From: Vicugna vicugna | Taxonomy: Eukaryota | Reading direction: 5' to 3' | DNA length: 64,000 nt | Assembly (NCBI GenBank): GCA_013265495.1 | Contig: MU058669.1 | Location: forward strand, 1,311,880 to 1,375,879 | In this document: piece by piece, positions 38,610-51,549 of the stretch | How the letters are laid out: the number at the start of each line of letters is the position of its first letter | Position numbering within the stretch: the first letter of the stretch is position 1 | The notes under the pieces: generated by a model | Database searches by the model: none | The model's input: only the letters and a program-made list of their open reading frames with translations | What the model was told of the DNA's origin: nothing | Made by a program: the position numbers and the translations under genes

Positions 38610-40779
38610 AAGTTGTCGAGGCAGAAAGGATTTTCATGAAAGAAAAAGACTCAGTGTTGTGTTAATATTTACAAAACAGCTTTTTGCTCAGGTTTGCTCG
38701 TGGACCCCGTTAGCTCTTTTTGGCAGTACAGACATCATTAGCTGGAGTGGAAATACAGCACATGTGAGAGCTGTGTCTTTGTCAAGTTCCTTCATCAGTT
38801 TCAGTGACTTTTTTAACCACTGGGTTGACTCATTTTATCAACATCAAAAAGAAAACACTCCTAGTCACTCTTGTGTCCCTGAGTAATTTGCTTGCAGCCT
38901 CCAGACCGGCGCCAGAATAACAGAATTCAGACTGTGCCTGGCCTCTGCTCTCCAGAATCCAAGGCCAGCAACACACATTATCTCCTTTGTTTCTTTCTTC
39001 GTTGATTTTTAAGGTGATGATAATAGTTAAATTCAAAATCGATATGGAAGAGAAGTAAACTTTAATATGATGAAAATTGAATTTATCTTTATGGTCCCCC
39101 CCGCCCCCAGTATTTACCATTTCTTGGAAATGAGAAGGAAGTTGGGAGGATGATTAGAAATGAGAGGATTGAACATCCCTTTCTTAACTTTGTCATTCAG
39201 TGAATTCTACGAACTCTGTCTGGAAAAAGATTGTTACAGCCTCTTGGAGTAAAAGAGAGAGGTGTTTGATAAGAGAAAATTTGCATTAATGCCTTACAGT
39301 GCCAGCCATCCCCTGGCTCCCCGTCCTAGCCTCGGTAAGGTAATACCGTGATTCTTGCTTGCCCAGATCTTTTTGCCTCAGTTTCTCTCCCCTGAAAGGA
39401 GTAAGTCAAATGTCACAGGAACACTAGGTTTGTCACACCCTCTGAGGTCTTGGGAAATGAGTTACCCTGCGAGATCAAGGTATTATCAGAAGGAAGAGTT
39501 TTCACAAAGTACATTCTCACTTGCTTCATAAGACTGGCGAAGTGAAGAATGTCAGAAAAACCCTTCCTAACCCAGAATTACCCAACGCAAGACTTCCCAC
39601 AAGCCCCCCTTTCCTTCCTGTCTCCCCTCTCTTCCTCCTTTACCCTGCTTTCATTCCCCTCCCTTCTCATCAGGATCTCAGAATTTATAGTATCATTTAT
39701 GCCTGTTGATAGTCTCAACATGCTTCTGTGGTGGATTTTTCCAGATACACCCTCTTAATGTTATTCTGCTCAAGTGGTATAAACCGTAACAGCACAAGGT
39801 GCCCCTAGCCAGGAAGACTTGAGGATGGCTTCTTTGAGAGGGACGAAAGATACGGCAGACAATTTGTACCGTGTGTTAAAATGAACATTGTAATTTTTGC
39901 CTTCTCAAAACCTCTTTCCTTGATAAAGAAAACATTCCTCTTCTCTCTTTTAAGACGTGTGGCTCAGGATAAGGCTGCCTTCTAATTCCAGTTCTAGGGG
40001 TGGGATGGATGGATGGATGGAAGTCCTGGCCAGTGAGCCTGTTGCAATCCTGATCACAGTGATGAGTTTGGAGATGGGTGTATGGTCTGAGCCAGACCAG
40101 TAAAATATGTTATTGGAACTTCAATTTGAAATATTCAAAAAGAAAAGCCAGCTTTATTCTCTGGTTTCTAACATGTGAAGATGTGAGCCTGGCTCTCCTG
40201 GTGACCATCTTTGCTATAGTTTGGTGGGAAGGCTACCTGAGAATAAAGCCTTCAAAATGGAAAAGTAGATCTGAGATAGACATACTGGCAATATTTGAGT
40301 CTTCTGCCCCAGGAAGGGCTGAAAGCTCTTCTAACTCTTGAGGTTCCTTGTGGCTCATCAGGACCACTGTGGTTTGTCCCTCTACCTGGAACTGCCAAGT
40401 TCAACTGTAAAACTGCTTACTCATCATACATTTCAATCAGACAAATTGAGAGAGAAAATCCTGTTGTGTTTGCTCACCTTTTGGAACCAGTGTCTACCAT
40501 AGACAGCCATCCAGACCTTGGACTGGGTGCCGCTGGGCTTGGTGTCCAAGTCCGCAAATGGGACTCAGCGATGTGTGTTTTAATAGGTGGTTTTGGTGCA
40601 CGCTATCATAGGAGAATATCTGCTCTAGGCTAAAATTGTATTACTTAATTTTTCTACCAAAGTCTTCCTGTCCCAAGCTATTTTTCAGTACTGTTTCGTA
40701 GTATTCTGCATAGTAGACCCTTTGTTCCAGGATGATCAACTTTTTCACTGTCTTACTGGCATGTATTTTTAAAGAATAG

Positions 40780-41275
40780 TTCTATTTTAAGTAACAGAAA
40801 CCTAAGTAATATTGGCTGGAGCAAAAGTGAATTTCTTGGCCTAAGCACAGTCATAGAGATGTTCAGGGAGTAACTGGTTCATTTCAGGCATGGCTGGATC
40901 CAGGTTTTCTGGTCACCAGAAATCACTCTCTGGTTCTGATTCTCTCCATGTTGGTTTCATCCTCAGGCCGGTTCTAACTAGGATGTTGGTTCTCGGTATC
41001 TCCAGATTTATGTCCTACCAAAGCCTAGCAATCTCTGCAGAAAAGGGTGCTTTTCTTTCCTAATAGTTCTGAATTGGCCCCCTTTTTGAACTGAGCCAGG
41101 AAGCCACAGGGAGGATGTCCAGTTTTGATTAGCCAGGCCAAAGGCAGAGGCCATCCCTAGAGCCCAGAGCACAGCATCACCTGAGCATGAGTGAGGGCGA
41201 TGCTCCCCAAAGGAAAATCAGAGCTCTATACTGGAATAAAAATAATAACTGTGAAGACGAAAGAACAGATACCCA
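40780..41275 (-). mobile_element. Old MLT1 (J/K-type) LTR
   Basis: AAGTAACAGAAA start, CAGGCATGGCTGGATCCAGG and CCCCAAAGGAAAATCAG motifs. Confidence 0.6.
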
Positions 41276-42952
41276 CTGTCATGAATGATCATTTTAGACT
41301 TGAAACCTTGTGCATTTCTTCCTGACTGGACTGAATGTTCCCATATTCTCTACCTTTTCAAAGTATACTCATCCTTAAAAAGCCCTATTACTTTCCACCT
41401 CCTGCAACGAGCTTTCTCTGATGCCTGCTGTCTGTACAGTGTTCTGTGTGTCCTGGCAAGCCATGTGACCAGGCATGTGTGTCTGTGTCGTCATCCCCTC
41501 CAGGCTGTGAGCAATCCAAGGGCAGCATGACCCCTATAAATGATATCATTAACTCTTGAGTTCTCATCCGCGTTGAGTGAAGGAATGCACGTGTGAGTGA
41601 ATGAAGGGCATTATGAACAAACGAATGACCAGAGAAGACAAATCAATAATAAGCAGGTGCAGCAGAGTCTGGCACAGTAGATGGATTTTACGAGTAATGT
41701 CTATCTTGATCTGATTTCTGGTTAGGAGACTTCTCCAAACGTGGAACCACATGTTGCCAGCAGGCATCATAGCATCATTCACTACTTTTCCTCTGACTGA
41801 GGCTCAGTAGTCAGAGTCCTTAAGCATTGGTAAGGGAGTCTTGAATCATGTGATAAAATATCCAAGATAGACTTCGCAACACCGGGATAAAATTAGAGGC
41901 ATAAAATATTTCAGCTAGAAGGAACCTAAAGTTTACTAGAATTGGAGTCTAAATTCCTAAATTTACAGAAGACAACACCTGGGTTCAGATATCAATACAT
42001 TCCCTCAAATCCTTTACCCTTTAAGGAACTTCTCAGGCCAGCCAATCAATAATCGTACTCCCCTCACCTCGCACACAATCAAATATACTATGTACTATAA
42101 GTATTTATCTGATTTATTGATTTTTCCACTAGGGTATAAGCTCATGAGGGTGAGAATTTTTGTTCTGACTTCCCTCCCCTACTGTGAAAGAAGCCAATTT
42201 TGCATCTATTTACAAATTCACTTAAATATTGATGATTACTAAATGTGCCTGTTCTTTGACTCCACCTGTGAACTTCCTGGTTCAACATGTTCCCGGTTCT
42301 TCATTAATAAAGAGCTAAATAAAATTCTTAACATGTGCTTATTTTATATCTGCAGGAAAGTCCTGATTTTAGGGTTTGTGTTTTTTTTTAATTATCCTCT
42401 AAAAGTTCATTGTTGTATCTTGAGAGTCAGAATAGTCCTTGTCACATAGGAGGTATTAAATAAGCATGTATAGACTATATGAATAGTTTTGGTCAGCACC
42501 ATGGGCTAGACATGCGCGTCAGTGCCAGGAAGCGTTAGGGCTGAGTTCAACCACATGGTCAAGCTCAGCTGGCTTTCCTCTAGCGTGAGGAAACCTCTCT
42601 TCCTGCTTCCCAGCGTCCCCTCCCGTCAGTGTATAGGGAGAAAACTGCCTTCTTGATTAATGATTCAAACTCCCATTGAATTACATGTAAACTTTACATC
42701 AGGAGATCCATAACTAGTAACAAAACAAAACTAATGTGTTAACCTTCAATGGTTTTTATAGTCACAGAAATGAGATAAAATATATGGATTTGTATATGAT
42801 TCAGCACTTATCATCCTCCTCCTCCAATGTGAACCTGCTAATGATAGGTAGAAATATTTCTGAACCTGACCAGCCACTGCTGGAGATGTTTTTGGTAACT
42901 CCTTACTGCTTCACACTGAAGCAGCATTTTACAAAGTGTTTGTATTATATAT

Positions 42953-42954
<2 letters not shown>

Positions 42955-42996
<42 letters not shown>
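42955..42996. repeat. (GT)21 microsatellite
   Basis: Direct count. Confidence 0.95.
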
Positions 42997-42999
<3 letters not shown>

Positions 43000-43579
43000 C
43001 TCAAGAGGGGAGAGAGGTAGGTGGTATCAGCCTCATCTTATGGGTAAAGGAAATAATCCTGGGAGGCCAGTGACTTTTCCAAGGTGATGCGACTAGTACC
43101 TGAATCTTGAAATTACATCGCATTTGTGCACTTGACCAGCTTGCCCGGTAAGGAGTGTCCAAGGCTGCTTTATGATTGCCTGAAGTACTTTGGTAATAAT
43201 GACATTTACTTTCAGTATGGTACTTTTGTAAAAATGGAATTGAAGAACAGAATTGTGATCAAAGGCATACTTTGATAGTGAAAATTTAGCAGAAAATGAG
43301 AAATCTTAGGAGTAAAATCAAACTGAAAAAATTAGGTAGTTCTTTAAACGTGAGTTTCAAAGGCATGTCTTACAGCAGTTCAGTGACAGTTTTCTTCATT
43401 TTTGAGCATGTTCATAAATACATGTATTCTCACACGTACCACCTTTATATATGATCCTGAAGTTTCACCATTACAGAGATGTCTCTTATCTGTTCCGTGG
43501 CATGTAAAAGAGTGTCCTACATGTGGTCATCCCATTCTTCCATAGTGTAGAGTTCTTCATAACTAAATGCTAATAAAGA

Positions 43580-45065
43580 CTTCTGTTTCCAGGAAGATAG
43601 ACTAGAAGTAATTTTCTCTATTTCTCCCATTAAGTAAAATTAAAAATCCCTAGACATGATGCAAAAGGCAAACATAAGACTCTGAGAAGGCGAGGGAAGA
43701 AAGCAGATCAGCTCCATCAGCTGTCTAAAACATTGTAATGGTGCAGTGGGACACCCACAGGCACAACATTGCCACCACGAAACAAAAACCACATGGCCCT
43801 GAGTGTCACACCTTATACGAGTATGAACTCACAATGGGATCATGAACTTAACTTTTATAGTTCTTACATATTCCAGTTTTATTTTTCAAAGGAGAGGAAA
43901 TCTTCAGTATCTGCAGCTAGGTAAACAAGTTCTCAGGCTTGACAGCAACAACGTAATCCATACAAAGAAAGTTATAAATCGGACTTCACGGAAATTAAAA
44001 CTTTTGCTCTTTGAAAGACTCTTGTAAGGGGATAAAAAAACGATAGATTAGGAGAAGATATTTGCAAACCATACATCCAATAAGCAACTTGTCTCTGGAA
44101 TATATAAAGAACACTTGAAATTTAACAGTATAAAAGCAAAAGTTTAATGAGAAAATGGGAAAAAAGATATGGAGAGACTTTTCACCAGAGAGTGTATACA
44201 TATTGCAAAGAAGCCCATGAAAAGATGTGTAACATCACCAACCAGTAGGAAAATGCAAATGAAAATCAAAATATCATTACACACTTACCAGAATGGCTGA
44301 GATAAAAAGAATACGGACACCTCCAAATGCTGATGAGAATGTGAAGGAACGGAATCACTCATATGTTGCTGATGGGGGTATAAAATAATACAACTACTCT
44401 GGAAAAGAGTTTGGCAGTTTTTGTTCAAAAAGAAAAAAAAAGCTTACCATCCAGTTACTGTAGGACCCAGCAATTAACTGGAGTAACTACTACAGAAATA
44501 CTCGAGCAATACTTTTGAGCATTATCCCAGAGAAATAAAAACTTAAGTTCATATGAAAACCTGGACACAAATGTTTATAGCAACTTTATTCATAATAATC
44601 CCAAACTAGAAAAAAATCTGGGTTCAGTTGGTGAAGAGTCAAACTGTGGTGTATACGTACCGTGGACCACTATGCAGCAATAAAAATGAACAAACTGTTG
44701 AAGCAGACAGCAATCTGGATGAATCTAGAGACTAATTCTCAGAGAAAAGAGCCAGTCCCAAAAGGTCACCTACTATGTGATTCCATTTAGATAACATTCT
44801 TAAAATGACAAAATTTTAGTGGTTATTGGTTGCTACCGGTTAAGGAGAAGGAGGTGTGAGAGTCTGTGAGTCTGTAGATGTGTACCGTGAGTGATCTCAT
44901 GATGATGGAACTGTTCTGTATTTTGATCATGTCAATGTGAGTCTCTTAGTTGAGATAAATTTTTGCAAGACGTTATCTTTGGTAAAGAATACACAGGATC
45001 CCTTCGTAGTATTTTTTAAAGTGCATGTGAATTAACAAATATCTAAAAACAGTTTCATTAAAAAG
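43580..45065 (+). mobile_element. Old L1 (L1MC/L1MD-type) with a 5'-end-like piece, ORF2 C-terminus and 3'UTR
   Basis: GAGAAGATATTTGCAAACCATACATCCAATAAG, GGAAAATGCAAATGAAAATC and TATGTGATTCCATTT. Many stops and frameshifts. Confidence 0.75.
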
Positions 45066-45439
45066 GTGAAGACAACAAAATATTGTAATAATATAAAAAA
45101 AAAGTGTTCAAGGATCGTCAACGTTTGGCGAAGAGCAGGTTAACTAATGCTAAGTTTCTTCATCGCAGAGCTCCAGGGGGTGCTTAGGTGATTTGTGTCT
45201 TTCCAGAAGGAGGTTATATTCTGCTGCACTTTCCAGGCTTATTTGACTGTGGAACACTTTTAAAAGGAGTGTTACTGACATCTTGTTGAAACAGCATTCT
45301 GGAAAAACAGACTATTATTTTTTATATAATAGACTAAAACATCTAATATATAATGAGTGTTTTTCATCTTCCGGGTACCTGTTTAAGTATATTTTGTACA
45401 GCGAGCTCATGGAATCCTTATAAGAACTCTGCATGGGGA

Positions 45440-45720
45440 GAAAAGCAGGCTGCTGATGTTTGGATTCTGCCCAGGGGTTGTGATATAAGTCTGGCTTGGG
45501 GTCAGGGTGTTGGGAGTTTTAAAAGCCTCACAAGTGACTGTAATTTGAAGCCAACGTTAAGTAAGGCTCTAGTGGAGGTCCTTGGTACTCAAATGGTGGT
45601 CTGTGGTCCAGCAGGGCATGCAGAGTATCAGGTCCCACCAGGCCTACTGAGTCTTAATCTGTGTTTTCATAAGTCCCTCAAGTCATTTGTACATATTTAT
45701 GATTTAAAGTATAGGTCTAT
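45440..45720. mobile_element. MER5-type hAT fragments
   Basis: TTTTAAAAGCCTCACAAGTGACTGTAAT and CAGGCCTACTGAGTC...TTTTCATAAGTCCCTCAAGTCATT. Confidence 0.55.
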
Positions 45721-48700
45721 ATAATAGCTAGTAAATTGTGGAGATAAGATTTGAACACAGAGTGTCTGTCTGTATTTACTGTCTGCGGTCTTAAAAGCAC
45801 AGTCTAGACAGAGCATGTGTATTTTTAATCAAATGCACTGGAAATAAATGAGGGCCAAGCAAGTGTGCGGGGGCATTGCACTAAAGAGGAATTGCCAGTG
45901 AGAGCGCGGGAATGGTGACTCCAGTGTGAGAGCTGATGGCGGTGTTTTGTTCTCAGCTGTCGAGTCCCTTGTTGGGTTGGTGCATTTAGTGCGGGCGCCA
46001 TTAATTACAAGGACCTCTACTGGCATCTGAGAGGATGCAGTGGAGAAGCGCTCGGGAAGCTCTTCAGATAAGAAAGGAGCAGAAGATGAGTATGTAAGGG
46101 GAGCCTTGGAGGAGAAGATGAGGCCAGAATTCACAGGGAGCAGGTGAGAGTACAGGGACCTAAATGTACCCCGTTAGTGGTGACTTGCATTGTCATAGAA
46201 GCCTGAATTTCTGGTTACTAGAATATTCAGTAGAGGCTGATTGACATTTGCTGTGAGGATGCTATAAAGAGAGGAACTTTTGGTGACTGCATAGTCCTAA
46301 CTCCGAGACTTTGTCAGAAGCTAAATTAGATGTGACCTCTGTCCACGAGGAGTCGATAATGTAAAAAAAAAAGTTTCCTTTATCTCTCCATGCTCCTCCT
46401 CCTTCCCCTTTCTCATCTTCCCTGTTTTATATAGAACATTCAATTAGATATCGACTAGAAACAGAAAAGAATGAGACAATTTCTATGCATCAGGAATATG
46501 AAACCAGTGAAGAGTGATACTGAAAACCATTATTTTTGTACAGAACCCACAGCCGAATTAACAGGAGAGGTGAAAAATCCTGTAGAATGCAGAAAGGAGG
46601 GTAACTGCATGTTACATGTGAGGGCAGGGGTGAGGGCAGGTTTCGCAGAGAAGTGGCGCATTTTCTCTGAGCCTTGCTGTGGGCTGAGACTGCAGAGGGT
46701 TGAACAGTGTTGTGCGTTTGACCCAGGGTGTGAAACTGAAGGTGGTGTTGAAACGTGATGCGCATTTAAGGAGACGGGGAACAAAATGAGGTTGGAAAGG
46801 GTAGGAAGGAGTGACTCTGGGGGAGCCTTTGAATGTTCAACTATGAGCACAGAGCTTTGTTCTGTGGGCAGCGGGGAGCTCGTGAAGATGTTGGAGGCCA
46901 GAACTGAGCAGAGTGAAGAACAGTGGGAACTTGGCCACACGCTGCCTGAGATGCTGAACCAGTTCTGCCACTTGCTTGTCACAAGCCATGCAGAAAAGCC
47001 CTCATCCCCCAGAGCCTAGGCTTAACCTATTTGTGAAACAGGGATGACTCCTAGTATTGCTGTCAGGCATAAAACGCTCCACGTAAAGCTCTGAGCATAG
47101 GGCTTGGCACTGAGTAAATTCTGGATAAGTATTTTAATGGTGACAATTATCCAAGTGTAGGAAGATACCTGATAATGGTGAAATAGGCATGAGGAAATGG
47201 AGCTTGCGGAGATGCTGAGGACCCTCTTTAGAGGTCTGGGCTCCCAAGGGAGTGAACCTCAGGTTCAAAGTTAGCAGAAAGAATTCCCCATTCTTCTCAT
47301 GCTGTATTTACCCTGTTCATCGCCTGGGTTCCCAAGGGTCCATTTAGCATGTTCGAGCAGCAGATTTAGCAGTAATGGAGTTTATTTTATTGCATTAAAA
47401 AATCTATAGGTGTACAAGCTTAGCAATTTTGAAAGTATCATAATTACAGCTCATGGACTAACTGGATTTAGATGTAGAGGGAGGTTTTTCTTCATCAGAG
47501 GATTAAGTAGAAGCAGAATGAAATTTCTAGAGCAGATTAGGACAACGCTACCACCACTGACTCTATAGTGAGATACTTTCTTAGGGCAGAATATGTGATG
47601 GTGTTTCCCAGCAGAGGTGTTTTTAGCCTTCTGGAAGGAACCTTTCAACCCTGCAAGATTTCATTAAGCATTGAGATGTTTTGAGCCCTGGCTGTGGTCA
47701 TTAAATGCTGGAATCACTCCTTGTGATGACCAGATAGCACCCACCACTGTCCTGCAACATGAAACACATTACCCATTGCCAAAGGTCCCTAGATAGTGGT
47801 GGGTGGGCACACACCTCGCTGACACCTCTTGTGAAGAAGCTGTCTGTTAGCAAAAAGGCTGGTTAGATTCTAACTCTACCCAACTGTGGCTAATTTAGCA
47901 AGTAAGGGCTGGAACTTAGCAGTTTGACCTTGAACAAGAAAGTTACCCCTACTGATGCCTCAGTCTCCTATGCTGTAAAATGACTCCCCCCAAAAAGAAA
48001 AACCACTTAGCACAAATTTATTGAGTTCTTAAGATGTAAGGGTTAATAATTCTATCTAGCTGAAAGTTTATCTGGGAGTTGGCTCTGTGGTATCTTGTTT
48101 GGTACATGACAGGTGCTCAATAAATAGTAATAATTTTACTACATTTAATCGAATCTAAGATGCTATGGATTATAAAATGCACCATCACTTTTAAATTGAG
48201 GAGGAGGAAAAAGCTGCCAATTAAATGGTGACACACGACTCTCTCTCTCATCATTTAGAACGTCTGTGTATTTGTATCATTATGTGTACTTTGGATTTAT
48301 TTGGAAACTTTTTATTCCTATATTACTGTGGTGCTTATTTAAAAGGAAAATAGGAACAAAGAAGCTATTTCTAAAACTTCACATTCAGGGTTAAACTCTG
48401 ATGACACGCCTTTAATTTGATTGTCAGCAGTGTTTTATAATCTGTCAGTGGGGCCAGGCTGGAGTTGTACCACAGTTTTATGACACAAAATCCTCCTCTC
48501 TGCCATCAGAAACAGTTGAGATGGAGCAGTTTGAAGGAATCTGTCCAGGTGCGGGGCTCTGAAGGAGACTTTGCTTGTAAGGTCTGCATCAGGAATACTG
48601 GGGAACACTTGATTCACCCCTGTTCTCCCTTCTCTCTATACCATTTGCCTTCTTGTGGTTGTGTATTTATATATTACCTTCAGGATTTTCTTCCAAGGTG

Positions 48701-48722
48701 CTGATACCTATTGTGCTTTTTT

Positions 48723-49879
48723 TTTAAGCTTTGTTTGTTTTTAAATTAAAAAAAGTTTTATTGAAGTTGATCTACAGTGTGTTAATTTCTGGTGTATAGC
48801 ACAGTGATTCATTTATACACACATATATTCCTTTTCAAATTTGTTTTCATTTTAGGCTGTTACAAGGTATTAAATATAGCTCCCTGTGCTATACAGTAGG
48901 ACCTTGTTGTTTATCTAGTTTGTGTATAGTAGTTAGTATCTGTAAATCTCAAACTCCCAATTTATCCCTCCCCCACTTCACCCCCCACTGTAAACATAAG
49001 TTTGTTTTCTGTGTCTGTGAGTCTGCCTGTTTTGTAAATAAGTTTGTTTGTTTTCTTTGTTCTTCTTTTTAGATTCTGCATATAATGATAACCATAAAGG
49101 AATTTTTCTCTCTTTCTGGCTTAGTTCACTTAGTATGATGATCTCCGGTCCATCCATGTTGCTGCAAATTCTTTTTTATGGCTGAGCAGTATTCCAGTGT
49201 ATAAACACACACACACACACACACACACACACGACAACTTCTTTATCCAGCCATTTGTCCATGGACATTTAAGCTGCTTCCATGTCTTGGCTATTGTCAG
49301 TAGTGTTGCTATGAACAGTGGGGTGCATGTATCTTTTCGAATTAGAGTTCCCTCCAGATAGATGCCCAGGAGTGGGTTTTCTGGATCATAGGGTAAATCT
49401 ATTTTCAGTGTTTTAAGGAATTTCCATGCTGTTTTCCATAATGTCGACACCAGTCTACATTGCCACCCAGCAGTGAAGGAGGGCTCCCTTTTCTCCACAC
49501 CCTCTCCAGCAGTTACTGTTGGTGGACTTACTAATGATGGCCTTTCTGACCAGTGTGAGGTGGTACTTCATGGTAGTTTTTATTTGCATTTCCCTGATAA
49601 TTAGTGATAGACTTTTTTTTTAATGTGCCTATTGGCCATTTGTATGAAAAGCAAAAATAAACAAATGGGACCTAATTAAGCTTATAAGCTTTTGCACAGA
49701 AAAGGAAGCCATAAATAAAATGAAGAGACAACCTATGGACTGGGAGAAAATATTTGCAAAGGATGTGACTGACAAGGGCTTAATTTCCAGAATATACAAA
49801 CAGCTTATACAACTCAGTAACAACAAAAACAACCAAACAAACAATCCAATCCAAAAATGGGCAGATGCCCTAAACAAAC
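48723..49879 (-). mobile_element. Camelid L1 with 5' inversion (twin priming)
   Basis: The 3' part is on - (to 49646) and an inverted ORF2 piece is on + (49647-49879, [13 protein letters not shown]). TSD ATTGTGC(T/A)TTTTT at 48710 and 49880. Confidence 0.85.
49205..49232. repeat. (AC)14 microsatellite inside L1
   Basis: Direct count. Confidence 0.9.
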
Positions 49880-50659
49880 ATTGTGCATTTTTGATGCATA
49901 AGCCTTTGATATGTCCACGTGGCCAGCCAGTGGTAACCTTCAGTACAACTCAAGCGCAGCTCGGCTGACAGATTACAGAACAGTACAGACTGCAAAGAGC
50001 TCCCTAATTTCAGAGATGTTAAAAGGTAGAAAAACTGTACTTCTGAGAAGATGAAACCTCTTAACCAAAATGTGTATTGTTCTAGTGAAGGAAAAAGTGT
50101 ATGTGAAGTCCCTATGCATGTGACACAATCTTCTCATGAATCCTCTTGCAAGTGAGAGTTTGCCATATGTTTCCTTGTTACTCAGAGTATCTTCTATGGA
50201 CCAGAACCTGGGAACTTTTAGAAAAGCAGAATCTCTGCCTCCACCCAAGACTTTACTAAATGAGAACCTGTATTTTAACGAGATCTCAGATTGAACATTA
50301 TGCACGGTAAAGTTTCAGAAACTCTGGGTGGAGGGGGTTGGCTGGTGCATCCAGTGTATTACCTGGTTGTTCTGCTTAGAATGGGGTTTCCCAGTATGCA
50401 CAGGCTGTGCCCCTCTCCCGTTCTGCTAATTCAGGTCACAGGTAAGAAGCTTACTGGTGTAAGGTTACAAAAACTATGTCATCCCATTCATCCTCTTCAC
50501 CTATCTCATCACACGTAATGGGGGCAAACAGTAGGCGTTGCTTGAGCAAAAATTCACCCGCAGCTACATTCTTTTCTAAAGTCACAGGCCAGTGGGAAGG
50601 GACAGATTCCACAATAACCCTTTGCATTGAGGGCAGCCCATTTTCTTACCAGCATTTCT

Positions 50660-50773
50660 CAAACTTCTTATTACATCTGCAAGGACCCTCTTTCCAAATT
50701 AGGTCATGTACACAGGTGCCAGGGTTTAGGGTTTCAGCATCTCCTTTGGGGGGAATGCAATTCAACCCACAGC
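50660..50773 (-). mobile_element. MLT1B/C LTR 5' fragment
   Basis: TTACATCTGCAAGGACCCTCTTTCCAAAT...CAATTCAACCCACAGCA. Confidence 0.65.
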
Positions 50774-51452
50774 AGCAAGCTTCTGCTCAGACCTACTAAA
50801 TCAGTATTTCTTCTGAGGGTTCAAAGATGAACTCAGTACCTAATGTAAAATGAAGTGCTTTAAAAGAGGCAGGAGGAAGTGTCACGGGACTTCAAAGAAA
50901 CTGGCCCGGCATTTGCTCATTGTGTATCCTCAGACCAGTTGCTTAAAACTCTCTGTGCTATAGTTTTATTAGCAGTAAAATGGAAATAAGAACTGCTTGT
51001 ATCAGAGAGGTTCATGGTCAAGTAGGAAAATCACGGTGAATACCTGGTTCAAGGTTTGTTCATCTGTAAGCACTGTGAACATTAGTTACTTATGGTGATC
51101 TCCTTAGACACTGTTCTTCCATTTCCCCAGACCTGGGTTTCCTCATCTGATGAGGGTCATACTTGGTGGCCTCGAGAAGAGGAAACTGCTCTTGAGATGG
51201 AGAGGATGCTAAAATGACCAGGAAAAGGAGGACCACATGAACTTCCTTTGTGTCCCTTGCAACCAAAGAGTAAAAGGAAGGAGGAGCTGCAGGGCCGAGA
51301 CACTGCAGAGTTTATACTACAATAGCCTTTAAGCCTCTCCAAGCTGATTCCAAGGGTCACAGCTGCCAGATAGTACTGGACAAAATCAACAGGGACTGCT
51401 GCTTCCACACATAGATCTAGGCTATGTAAAACCGCTAGATAGTGTAGAAACT

Positions 51453-51456
<4 letters not shown>

Positions 51457-51492
<36 letters not shown>
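51457..51492. repeat. (GA)18 microsatellite
   Basis: Direct count. Confidence 0.95.
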
Positions 51493-51497
<5 letters not shown>

Positions 51498-51549
51498 GAC
51501 TTGACCACAGTTGTCCTGGATTAAGGGCTATGTAAATATCAGAATTTAC

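Noticed and set aside
49130..49968. ORFs 49130-49498, 49720-49968 and 55470-55826 with recognisable protein motifs
   Set aside because: They are fragments of L1 ORF2 C-terminal sequence inside truncated L1 copies, not host genes.
50435..50441. Possible 7-nt microexon (CAG|GTCACAG|GTAAGA)
   Set aside because: Not frame-preserving, and a single strong donor is expected by chance.
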